Shown one piece after another: positions 1 through 10,099 of a stretch of DNA of 64,000 nt; position 1 is the stretch's first letter; every line of letters starts with the position of its first letter. The notes under the pieces were generated by a model. It ran no database searches and was not told the DNA's origin. It worked only from the letters and a program-made list of their open reading frames with translations. The stretch is from Syntrophales bacterium (GTDB lineage Bacteria > Desulfobacterota > Syntrophia > Syntrophales > UBA2192): the NCBI GenBank assembly GCA_036725345.1, contig DAIMEJ010000004.1, forward strand, positions 63,735-127,734. Reading direction: 5' to 3'. The translations under genes were made by a program, and so were the position numbers.

Positions 1-177
1 AATCTTCACGCCGTCGGCCGTTTTGAAAGAGACGGACTCGTAGGAAAGGCCGATCGTCTCGGGCGTGGCATCGTATTCGCGTTCCGGGAAATAGAGAAGC
101 TTGGGCTGCAGAACCCAGACAGCTGCCGTGAAGGCCAGGTAGACTGAGAGGGGAACGATGATGAAGGACCAGAGCAT
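1..177 (-). CDS. alpha/beta-fold hydrolase, N-terminal fragment (gene runs off window start)
   Basis: Hand translation of the minus strand from ATG at 177: MLWSFIIVPLSVYLAFTAAVWVLQPKLLYFPEREYDATPETIGLSYESVSFKTADGVKI. This is a TM anchor followed by an FP..Y....G..YE.V.F.T.DG pattern common at N-termini of alpha/beta hydrolases. Absent from the ORF track because it is truncated. Confidence 0.5.
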   Translation of the reverse strand, partial: MLWSFIIVPLSVYLAFTAAVWVLQPKLLYFPEREYDATPETIGLSYESVSFKTADGVKI

Positions 178-288
178 GTGCTTTGGTCTCCTCCGCGGCG
201 GGCTTATGGTCATGAACTTCACCCCACGATGAAAAAGGGCAGGAGGCACCGCGGGGTATGGGACATACACGGCGATTGCGGGTGCGGG

Positions 289-1776
<1,488 letters not shown>

Positions 1777-2093
1777 TTTATCTCTCCAGAACCCAACCCT
1801 TTTTCAGCCCCCCGGCCCGGGAAGGACCCTGATTTCACCGGATCCCCATGTCACCTCTCTCGGCCACCGGCTATTCACAACGCACATTTATTTATCGACA
1901 GAAGGGGTGAATGCCTTGAAAAATTTCCAAAAAGCCGGTCGTTTCAACAGATTATATTTCAAGGACAACCTGAGCAAGAATTGAGCCTAAAAAGAAAACC
2001 GGCGGATATTTTTTCAAGGCTGATTCACAAGATATTTCGGTATCCTATAGCCTGTTCTGCCATCATTTTGCAAGCGAAATCGATGACGCCGCC

Positions 2094-3764
2094 TCAGGCG
2101 ATTGGTTCATGCCCCGACGAACCCGTTGCAGCAGACGCAACAGGCAATGTAAAAAAGGGGGCGTGATTGGAGGTGAAAATAGGGGGGTCGCGGCGAAGGA
2201 TGGCCGCTATCGCCGGATGCTTCCTGAATTCCCTGTCTAGAAACGCGCGAACGGCCTTACGATCCCATCCGGCGGGATGAACGAAATCTTTGTAGAGGGA
2301 AAGATCTCCCTCGTAAAATGGTGAAGTTCTGTAGTCTTCCGTTTCCGGCCCCCGGGCCGGCATATTGAAGATCGCGACATTGAGAAAGCTGATGCATTCA
2401 CTCATCTCCACGGTGAACCGGAGTGTCTTTACGGCCCCCGTAGGCGTTTCCGGCGGCGTCCCGAAGAGGAGATAGACATAGGCGGCAATGCCGGCCTTCT
2501 TCAGGCACCGGAGGACCTTTCGTGCCACTGAGAGATCCACGCCCTTTTGAAGAGCATTTAAAACCCCCTGGTCCCCTGACTCGAGACCGATCTGAAGCAA
2601 CACGCAGCCCGATTGCTTGAGCCTCATGCAGAAATCCTCATCGGCCAGATGTTCCGTCACCCTGGCAAATCCGTACCACGGAACAGGGAGAGGCCCGCCG
2701 GCGAGTGCCTGGAGGAGCGCCGGGCTCAACGCATTGTCGAGAAAATGGACAAGCGCCGGCCGGTGCCTGGCGACCAGAATTCCGATTTCACGCAAGACCT
2801 GTCCCGGAGAGGCGGGTACGTAAGGGTTTCCTTCGGCCCTTTCGGGACAGAAAAGGCAGCGGCCCCAGTAGCAGCCGCTCGAGGCGCTGTAGGGAAGGAT
2901 CCCGCCCGGTGAAAGGTAGGCATCGAGAGGCATGGCGTTGTAATCGGGCGGGCAGACAACCTCCCCCTCCCCCCGTTGAATCTTCGCACCCAGGATGGCG
3001 GAGAGCTTTTGTTCCCCAGGCCCTTCGACCATGTGATCGACAAGGCCGTCGAAGGGATTCCCCCAACCGGGCCGCCGCATCCAGGAAGTGACCAGTCCCC
3101 CGCCGAGGATCACCCGGATATGGGGATGACGCCTCTTCACCATGCCGACCATGGCAAAGGTGCAGAGGGCCTGGCTGAGGTAATTGAGCGAGAACCCCAC
3201 GTGGGAGGGGTGATGCCGGTCGATTGCATCGTCGAGGAGATCCTGGAGGGGAGCGTGAAAAAGGTTCTCTTCGGGTCTACCCGCCATCCGGAGGAGATCG
3301 GCACTCCGCAGGGGGGAAAATTTCCGGTGAGCGAAGTTGGCAAGGCTCAAGGCCTGCTCACCCGACGGATCGGACACCGAGAGAAGCCGGTTGAGATCAT
3401 AAACAGCATGTTTGTAACGGGCAAAGCGGCTGCGCGTCCGGAAGTCCCGGAGCGTGTCAAGGTGGGCGGAAAGGCTGCGTTTCGCCCTCTCAGTCCAGGT
3501 ATCCGATGCCGGACTGTCCCGCCGGAGGAAGTGTGTGAGTCCCGCCAGGTTCGCGTCGAGGAGGGAACACCGGATTCGGGCACGATTCCGCAGAAAACCG
3601 GCAATCTTTGCAATGCCGGCGGGCGGTTCACAGGGTTTGGAGACGGGCGGATGGACGAGCAGTATCACCCAGGGACCCCCGATGCGAAGTCTTAAAACCC
3701 CTGTTTCTCTCCTGGAGAAACCTGAGCATTCCGTAGACGACATCCACCGGCAAGGTGATTCCAT
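2094..3764 (-). CDS. B12-binding-domain radical SAM protein (start codon uncertain)
   Basis: 556 aa. N-terminal Rossmann-like stretch (VILLVHPP...) and a cysteine cluster SSGCYWGRCLFCPE, with overall similarity to class B radical SAM enzymes. The first ~30 codons look non-native, so the true start may be internal. Confidence 0.75.
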   Translation of the reverse strand: MESPCRWMSSTECSGFSRRETGVLRLRIGGPWVILLVHPPVSKPCEPPAGIAKIAGFLRNRARIRCSLLDANLAGLTHFLRRDSPASDTWTERAKRSLSAHLDTLRDFRTRSRFARYKHAVYDLNRLLSVSDPSGEQALSLANFAHRKFSPLRSADLLRMAGRPEENLFHAPLQDLLDDAIDRHHPSHVGFSLNYLSQALCTFAMVGMVKRRHPHIRVILGGGLVTSWMRRPGWGNPFDGLVDHMVEGPGEQKLSAILGAKIQRGEGEVVCPPDYNAMPLDAYLSPGGILPYSASSGCYWGRCLFCPERAEGNPYVPASPGQVLREIGILVARHRPALVHFLDNALSPALLQALAGGPLPVPWYGFARVTEHLADEDFCMRLKQSGCVLLQIGLESGDQGVLNALQKGVDLSVARKVLRCLKKAGIAAYVYLLFGTPPETPTGAVKTLRFTVEMSECISFLNVAIFNMPARGPETEDYRTSPFYEGDLSLYKDFVHPAGWDRKAVRAFLDREFRKHPAIAAILRRDPPIFTSNHAPFFTLPVASAATGSSGHEPIA

Positions 3765-4038
3765 GTCCCAGCCGGGGCGAACGGCGGCCCTCCCGGGCCG
3801 AGGGCTTCTTAGCCTTTATTTATAATAATGATTTCAATGGGTTGCCCTATTGGAGGCGGTGAACATGGCAAGCCACAGGCCGAAATTTCTTCGTATATCA
3901 GGCAATGCATTTTCTTCCAACACCCGCCGCCCCACAGGCCGGTCACATTCAGAAACAGCTTTTTTATCCTAACAAATTGACGTTGACAAGGTATAATTAA
4001 TGTGTACCTTAATGATACCAATTCATCAGGAGGCTCGA

Positions 4039-4371
4039 ATGTTCGAAGTTACGGCAAAGGCGGAAGAGAAGTTCAACGAATTCTTCAAGTCGCGAACGGA
4101 AAAACCGTTTATCCGCATTTTTCTCCAGCAGGGGGGGTGATCCGGTCCCGCGCTCGGCATGGCTCTGGACGAGTCAAACGAAAGCGACGAGACCTTCAAG
4201 GTCAATGGCCTGACCTTCATGATCGAAAAGGAACTCTTTGAGATGGTGAAACCCCTCAAGATCGATTTCATGGAAACACCCCGGGGCGCCGGCTACATCA
4301 TCGAATCCAACCTGAAGGCGGCCGACGGCTGCGGCGGGTGCGCGGGGTCCTGCGGTTCATCCGAAGGGTGA
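4039..4371 (+). CDS. IscA/HesB-like Fe-S cluster protein, candidate selenoprotein (in-frame UGA at 4138-4140 read as Sec)
   Basis: The track gives only 4159..4371. An ATG at 4039 with SD AGGAGG 6-11 nt upstream opens the same frame: MFEVTAKAEEKFNEFFKSRTEKPFIRIFLQQGG-TGA-SGPALGMALDE... The TGA sits where IscA/HesB proteins have the Cys of the GGCSG motif. The C-terminal Cys cluster GCGGCAGSCG is retained. selB lies in the same window. Confidence 0.75.
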
Positions 4372-4404
4372 GGCGGCATTTCCGGCAGAAAACGTGAACA
4401 GCGC

Positions 4405-4434
4405 AAAAAAGGGGAACAGACGTTCCCCTTTTTT
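4405..4434. terminator. bidirectional rho-independent terminator between convergent genes
   Basis: AAAAAA-GGGGAAC-agac-GTTCCCC-TTTTTT. A perfect 7-bp stem flanked by an A-run and a T-run, between the HesB-like gene (+) and the ABC-F gene (-). Confidence 0.75.
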
Positions 4435-4474
4435 ATGTTTTCATTGCGGGCGATCCGCAACGGACATTCGCCCT

Positions 4475-6454
4475 TCATCCTTCTGTTTCAACCGCATCGA
4501 TCCGGTTTTGGATCTCCTCCCATTCGACGTAAAGGGTGTCGAGGCGGGCCGTCAGCTCCCGGTACTCGACAGCGGCCGCCCGTGTCTTTTTCTCGTCCTG
4601 GTAGATCTTCCCGTCAGCGAAAAGAGCCTCCATCTCTTTTTTCTTTGCCTCTCCTGCCCCGATTTCACGCTGGAGTCCCTCAAGTTCGTCCTTCAGGGGC
4701 TTCAGACGGTCGAAGCGCTCCTGCCTCTTCTTTGCCTCGTCTCGTTTGCGCATTCTTTCGAGGTGAAGGGGGGAGTGACCCTTAATCGCCTTGATCGCCC
4801 TGCCCGCCGTGTCCCGCCGTACGGTCTTATCGTCATCGGCGAGTCGGCTTTTTTCGAGATATTCGTCCACGGAACCGTAGGCAACCCGCAGCACGCCCTC
4901 TTCCATCTCCCAGACCATGCCCACCAGGCCGTCCAGAAAGTCCCGATCATGAGATACGATGATGTAGGCGCCGGGAAAGCTCTCCAGGGCCCTCTTGAGC
5001 ACCTCCTTGGACCGCAGATCCAGATGGTTGGTCGGCTCGTCGAAAAGAAGAAGATTGGCAGGCACCAGGAGCATCTTGGCCAGGGCAAGCCGGCTCTTCT
5101 CGCCGCCGGAAAGAACGGAAACGGGTTTGAAGACATCCTCGTCCCGGAAGAGAAAGGATCCGAGGAGGGTTCTCAGGCGGGTGTTCGTCTCCTTTGTCGC
5201 CACCTCTTCCAGGGTCTGGAGAACCGTCTTCGACGGGTCGAGCGCCTCCGCCTGGTTCTGCGCGTAGTAGGAAACCACGGCTTTGTATCCGGGCTCGCAC
5301 CGGCCCTCCTGGAAATCCTCCAGTCCTGCCATGATCCGGACGAGTGTGGATTTCCCCGACCCGTTCACCCCGAGCAGGGCGATCCGGTCGCTCCGCTGGA
5401 CGGAGATGGACAGATCACTGAAAACAGGCTGGCTCCCGTAATATTTGCCAAGCTCCCGGATTTCCATGACGACCCGGCTCGCCTGCGGCGGCTCCGGCAA
5501 ATCGAATGAGATGACGGCCTCTTCATTTTCCGGCTCGATCAATTCCATTTTCTCGAGCCGCCGGAGTCGGCTCTGGGCCTGCCGGGCCCTTGTTTTTTCG
5601 GCTCGATATCGCTCGACGAAACGCAGGGTCTGCCGGATTTCCTGCTGCTGGTTACGGTAGGCCGCTTCCCGGAGCGTCTTGCGCCGGCTCGCCTGTCCGA
5701 GATAGTCGGAGTAATTGCCGACATATTCCGAAACCGCACCCGCCGAGATTTCGAAGACACGGCCGACGAGATTATCGAGGAACCGCCTGTCATGGGACAC
5801 GAGGATAACCGCCCCGTCGTAAGACTGAAGATACGATTCAAGCCACTGGAGCGATTGGATATCCAGATGGTTGGTGGGTTCGTCGAGAAGAAGACAGGTG
5901 GGTTCTCTCAGGAGGAGTTTCGACAGCTCGATCCTCATCTGCCAGCCGCCGCTGAACTCCTCCGTCATCCGGCCGAACTCCGGTCCCCGGAAGCCCAGCC
6001 CGGACAGGACCTGCTTGATCTTCACATCGATGTCATATCCCTCCAGGTGCTCCACGTGATGCTGAATCTTCCCCAGTTCGGAGAGCAGTTCCTTCAACCC
6101 CGCGGGATCCGGATCACCCGCAACGGTCCGATCGGCGATTTCAACGCTCAGCCCCTCCATCTGCGCGTGGAGAGAAAGAATCTCGTCGAAGGCAAGCCTT
6201 ACTTCATCCAGGAGGGTGCGGCCCGTGTAACGGACCGCCTCCTGGGGAAGATAGCCCGTCGTGGCAGAGCGCGGCCGGTTGACCCGTCCGGTGTCGGCCT
6301 CGACGATCCCGGCGATGATCTTCATGAGTGTTGTCTTGCCCGCTCCGTTCGGACCCACGACGGCCACCTTTTCCCCTTCGTTGATGCGGATCGTGAGATC
6401 CCTGAACAGATACCGGCCGCCGTACTGCTTTGATATGCCCTGTAATGAAATCAT
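4475..6454 (-). CDS. ABC-F family ATPase (two NBDs, C-terminal coiled coil; Uup/YheS-like)
   Basis: 659 aa. Two Walker A motifs (GPNGAGKTT, GVNGSGKST), two LSGG signatures (FSGGWQMR, LSGGEKSR), Walker B LLLDEPTNHLD and LLFDEPTNHLD, no TM domain, charged C-terminal tail. Confidence 0.9.
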   Translation of the reverse strand: MISLQGISKQYGGRYLFRDLTIRINEGEKVAVVGPNGAGKTTLMKIIAGIVEADTGRVNRPRSATTGYLPQEAVRYTGRTLLDEVRLAFDEILSLHAQMEGLSVEIADRTVAGDPDPAGLKELLSELGKIQHHVEHLEGYDIDVKIKQVLSGLGFRGPEFGRMTEEFSGGWQMRIELSKLLLREPTCLLLDEPTNHLDIQSLQWLESYLQSYDGAVILVSHDRRFLDNLVGRVFEISAGAVSEYVGNYSDYLGQASRRKTLREAAYRNQQQEIRQTLRFVERYRAEKTRARQAQSRLRRLEKMELIEPENEEAVISFDLPEPPQASRVVMEIRELGKYYGSQPVFSDLSISVQRSDRIALLGVNGSGKSTLVRIMAGLEDFQEGRCEPGYKAVVSYYAQNQAEALDPSKTVLQTLEEVATKETNTRLRTLLGSFLFRDEDVFKPVSVLSGGEKSRLALAKMLLVPANLLLFDEPTNHLDLRSKEVLKRALESFPGAYIIVSHDRDFLDGLVGMVWEMEEGVLRVAYGSVDEYLEKSRLADDDKTVRRDTAGRAIKAIKGHSPLHLERMRKRDEAKKRQERFDRLKPLKDELEGLQREIGAGEAKKKEMEALFADGKIYQDEKKTRAAAVEYRELTARLDTLYVEWEEIQNRIDAVETEG

Positions 6455-6558
6455 GATTCTTGCGTGTCGGGTGAAAGGACCGAAGGTTCAACCTCAAAAA
6501 ACCGGGTTGGCCCGGCATGGGCAGGCCCTGCGTCTTTTGCCTTTTGAACAAAGAGAAA

Positions 6559-6578
6559 GCGAGGACGGGAATCCTCGC
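6559..6578 (-). terminator. candidate intrinsic terminator after the cNMP-binding gene
   Basis: Hairpin GCGAGGA-n6-TCCTCGC. On the minus strand it is followed by UUUCUCUUUGUU. Confidence 0.45.
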
Positions 6579-6615
6579 CTTCTGTCATGCGCGACTTAAC
6601 TTTTACGAACAGTAA

Positions 6616-7113
6616 TCAGGCGTACTCCGTATGGGAGGTCAGAAGACCCAGGGCCCTCTCGCTGACCAGCAGGATCCTCGTGTGGCTGAGGCGGGAGGCC
6701 AGAAGCTTGTTGACCCCCTTCAGCATCTGATATCCGATGGCCGCGTCCTTCTCCATGATTTCCCGGAGTCTGGCGGCTTCGAAGGAAATGAGTTTCGTGG
6801 CGTCCATGCAGACGGCGCTCAGGGTATAGATGTGGGGTTCCACGAAGGCCGACCAGCCCATGCCTTCCCCCCTGGTGATTACATCGGTGGTCACCTGAAG
6901 GGGTGGACGCGCGGGGCCCATATCCGCCTTCATCTCCAGAAAGACCTTCCCCTCCTCGACGAGATAAAAATGGCTGGCCGGATCGCCCTGCTTGTAGAGG
7001 AGTGTCCCGGCGGGGTGACTCTCACTGATGGCGATGGATGCCAGCTTCTCCAGTTGGGCGTCATTGAGGTTTTTCAACAAGTTCGATTCCCGCATGATTT
7101 TCAGCTGAGCCAT
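6616..7113 (-). CDS. cyclic nucleotide-binding domain protein (stand-alone CAP-effector domain)
   Basis: 165 aa. Pattern LYKQGDPASHFYLVEEGKV...GEGMGWSA is typical of cNMP-binding beta-barrels. No HTH domain follows. Confidence 0.75.
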   Translation of the reverse strand: MAQLKIMRESNLLKNLNDAQLEKLASIAISESHPAGTLLYKQGDPASHFYLVEEGKVFLEMKADMGPARPPLQVTTDVITRGEGMGWSAFVEPHIYTLSAVCMDATKLISFEAARLREIMEKDAAIGYQMLKGVNKLLASRLSHTRILLVSERALGLLTSHTEYA

Positions 7114-7306
7114 TGTCTTCGCTCCTCCCTTTTTTATTCCGGCCTCATACCGATTACTTATTATTTATACCAATCTTTTTTTCGAATTTCTATCGTAAAT
7201 TTTTGAGTCGGTAAAAGTTTCCTCCCCTCGCCCCCCCCGGGAATGCCGGAGCGAAACGGGAAATGTTCGTTGAAGAGGGCCCTTCCCGTGTGTCATACTT
7301 CCAACT

Positions 7307-8311
7307 ATGAATCCCGAAATCCTGCAGATGACAGAGAAGGGCCTCTATTGTGAGGTTGGGAATTTTTACATCGACCCGCTGCAGCCCGTCGACCGCGCCG
7401 TTATCACTCACGCCCACGGCGATCACGCAAGGCGGGAATGCCGGCGGTACCTGGCCGCTAGAGAAGGCCTTCAGATCCTGCGCCTCCGTTTGGGCAATGA
7501 GGCGTCCATCCAGACCGTTCCCTACGGTGAACACACTTACCTGGACGGCATCCGGGTTTCCCTCCACCCCGCCGGCCACATCCTCGGCTCGTCACAGGTC
7601 CGCATCGAATACCGGGGGCGCATCACCGTTGTCTCCGGGGACTACAAGGTTCAGACCGACCCGACCTGCGGACCCCTCGAGGTCCTGCGCTGCCACACCT
7701 TTACAACGGAGTCGACCTTCGGCCTGCCCGTTTACCGATGGCCCGAGCCGAAAGAGATCCTCGGGGACATCAATGCCTGGTGGTCGGCCAATCGGGCGGC
7801 GGGGCGGCCAAGCCTGCTTTACGCTTACGCGGCGGGCAAGGCGCAGCGGATCATCATGGGACTCGACATTTCTCTCGGGCCCGTCTTCACCCACCGATCC
7901 GTGGAGGAACTGAACCGCCGCTACCGGGCAAGCGGTGTCGCCCTGCCCGATACCATCTCTCTCGATTTCGCCGGTAAAAAACCGGACTTCAGCAGCGCGC
8001 TCATCGTCGCTCCGCCGCTCGTGCACGGAACGGAGTGGACCAAACCCTTCAGGGACTGTTCAACGGGCTTTGCCTCGGGGTGGATGCGGATACGCGGCTT
8101 GCGCCGTCGCCGGTCTGTTGATCGGGGATTCGTCCTCTCCGATCATGTCGACTGGCCGGGCCTGCTGTCGGTTATCTCGTCAACGGGGGCCGAAGAGATA
8201 CTCGTCTGCCACGGTTACACCGCCGTTGTTGTCCGGACGCTCAGGGAAATGGGGCTCGACGCGAAATCTCTCGACACGCCCTTTGCGGCCGACGAAAAGA
8301 GCGAGAACTGA
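7307..8311 (+). CDS. ligase-associated DNA damage response exonuclease (metallo-beta-lactamase fold)
   Basis: 334 aa. GLYCEVGNFYIDPLQPVDRAVITHAHGDHAR matches the N-terminal signature I recall for this family (HxHxDH). Sits directly upstream of an ATP-dependent DNA ligase. Confidence 0.8.
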   Translation: MNPEILQMTEKGLYCEVGNFYIDPLQPVDRAVITHAHGDHARRECRRYLAAREGLQILRLRLGNEASIQTVPYGEHTYLDGIRVSLHPAGHILGSSQVRIEYRGRITVVSGDYKVQTDPTCGPLEVLRCHTFTTESTFGLPVYRWPEPKEILGDINAWWSANRAAGRPSLLYAYAAGKAQRIIMGLDISLGPVFTHRSVEELNRRYRASGVALPDTISLDFAGKKPDFSSALIVAPPLVHGTEWTKPFRDCSTGFASGWMRIRGLRRRRSVDRGFVLSDHVDWPGLLSVISSTGAEEILVCHGYTAVVVRTLREMGLDAKSLDTPFAADEKSEN

Positions 8312-8486
8312 ATAAGACCAGAGGTTGAGAAGTTAAGAAGTTCAGAAGTTGAGAAGCAGAGAGAAACCTTTATGTTGGACCCCGCCTCTCGGCCCCGGGC
8401 CTTTAGCCTTTTGCCTTGAGCCTTATGCCCGACAGGCGGGATTCTATGACATAGCATATTCGACATATTTCCATATTTGCGTACCA

Positions 8487-10085
8487 ATGAAACTTTTCTC
8501 TAATTTATGCGAAGAACTCGACAGGACGACGAAGACGACCGAAAAGGTCGCGGCGCTCAGGCGGTATTTCGAGAGGACGACACCGGCTGATGCGGCATGG
8601 GCCGTCTATTTCTTGAGCGGGCAAAAGATCAAGGGGCTGATGCGGCCGCGGAAGCTATGTACCTGGGCCTGCGAAGCGGCAGGGATTCCCGAGTGGCTCT
8701 TCAATGAATCCTATGAAGCGGTGGGTGATCTCGCGGAGACTATCGCCCTTATTCTTCCGCCCTCTGCCGGTAAGGACAACACCCCCCTCCACGCCTGGGT
8801 TGAAGAGAGGCTTCTCCCCCTCCGGAAGGCGACCGAGGAGGTGAAGCACAGGGCCGTCCTGCAGGCCTGGGGCACACTGGACGAGGCAGGGCGTTTTGTC
8901 TTCAACAAAGTCATCACCGGGACCTTTCGCCTGGGCGTTTCGACGATGACGCTCATCCGGACCCTCGCGGAGTCAAGCGGAAACGACGCAACCGTCATCG
9001 CCGGGAGACTCGCCGGATCGTGGGTCCCGACGGCCGATTCCTATAAAAACCTGCTGGCCCCGCCGCGCGACTCCGAAGACTCCGGCCGGCCCTTCCCCTT
9101 CTTCCTTGCCTATCCCCTGGAGGGAGATCCCGAATCCCTGGGCCCCGTATCCGCCTGGCAGGCCGAGTGGCAATGGGACGGGGTCCGTGCCCAGCTGCTG
9201 CGACGCGACGGAAAGACCTTCCTCTGGTCGCGGGGCGGAGAACTGATCACCGGCACATTTCCGGAAATAGGAGATGCGGCGGGGAGGCTTCCCGAAGGCA
9301 CCGTGCTCGACGGAGAGATACTGTCCTGCAGGAAGGGGTCGATTCTCCCGTTCAGCAACCTGCAAAGGAGGATAGGCCGAAAGAGACCCGGGGAGAAAAT
9401 CGTTGCCGAATTCCCCGCCGCGTTCATGGCCTTCGATCTTCTCGAAGATGACGGCAAGGATCTACGCGGCGAACTACTCTCGGAACGACGGCGGAAGCTC
9501 GAGGTTCGGGCGGCACTCTGGCCCCGCGGAGGGGCCCTTCTCCTCTCGCCGGTCCTCGAAGCCCGCTCATGGGGAGACCTGACAGGGGCGCGGGGTAAAA
9601 GCAGGGACCGGAACGCAGAGGGCCTCATGCTCAAAGGACTGGGTTCCCCTTACCGGGCGGGCCGGCACTGCGGAGACTGGTGGAAATGGAAGGTCAACCC
9701 CTTTACCCTCGATGCGGTCCTGATCTACGCTGAACCCGGACACGGCAAGCGGGCCGGTCTTTTCACGGATTACACCTTCGGTGTCTGGCATGAAGGAACG
9801 CTTGTTCCTGTGGCGAAGGCCTATTCCGGTCTGACCGACGCCGAAATCCTGAAGGTCGATTCTTTCATCCGTCGGCATACTCTCGAGAAATTCGGGCCCG
9901 TGCGGTCGGTGACGCCTGCCCTCGTCTTCGAGATCGCCTTCGAGGGGATTCAGCGGTCATCGCGCCACAAATCGGGCGTGTCGGTGCGCTTCCCGCGCAT
10001 CCTCCGTATCCGGGAAAAGCGGCCGGAAGAGGCTGACACCCTGGAGGCGGTACTGTCTTTCCTGCCCGACAAGACAAAAGTGTGA
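8487..10085 (+). CDS. ATP-dependent DNA ligase (ligase-associated damage response type); motif I lysine replaced by Gln
   Basis: The track ORF starts at 8349, but the family-like N-terminus MKLFSNLCEELDRTTKTTEKV begins at ATG 8487. Ligase motifs are present: III VLDGEIL, IIIa FMAFDLL, IV EGLMLK, V WWKWK. Motif I reads EWQWDGVR (CAA at 9171-9173) instead of KxDG. Confidence 0.85.
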   Translation: MKLFSNLCEELDRTTKTTEKVAALRRYFERTTPADAAWAVYFLSGQKIKGLMRPRKLCTWACEAAGIPEWLFNESYEAVGDLAETIALILPPSAGKDNTPLHAWVEERLLPLRKATEEVKHRAVLQAWGTLDEAGRFVFNKVITGTFRLGVSTMTLIRTLAESSGNDATVIAGRLAGSWVPTADSYKNLLAPPRDSEDSGRPFPFFLAYPLEGDPESLGPVSAWQAEWQWDGVRAQLLRRDGKTFLWSRGGELITGTFPEIGDAAGRLPEGTVLDGEILSCRKGSILPFSNLQRRIGRKRPGEKIVAEFPAAFMAFDLLEDDGKDLRGELLSERRRKLEVRAALWPRGGALLLSPVLEARSWGDLTGARGKSRDRNAEGLMLKGLGSPYRAGRHCGDWWKWKVNPFTLDAVLIYAEPGHGKRAGLFTDYTFGVWHEGTLVPVAKAYSGLTDAEILKVDSFIRRHTLEKFGPVRSVTPALVFEIAFEGIQRSSRHKSGVSVRFPRILRIREKRPEEADTLEAVLSFLPDKTKV

Positions 10086-10099
10086 CGGACTCCATTCTT

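Noticed and set aside
3977-3997. TTGACG/TTGACA and TATAAT hexamers upstream of the HesB-like gene as a promoter.
   Set aside because: The spacing between the good -35-like and -10-like hexamers is only 3-9 nt. With 17-nt spacing the -35 would be CTAACA. A promoter probably exists in this AT-rich gap, but I cannot place it.
8349-8486. The upstream 46 codons of the tracked ligase ORF as part of the ligase.
   Set aside because: The sequence (MRSREKPLCWTPPLGPGPLAF...) covers the low-complexity spacer and has no ligase similarity. The family-like N-terminus starts at ATG 8487.
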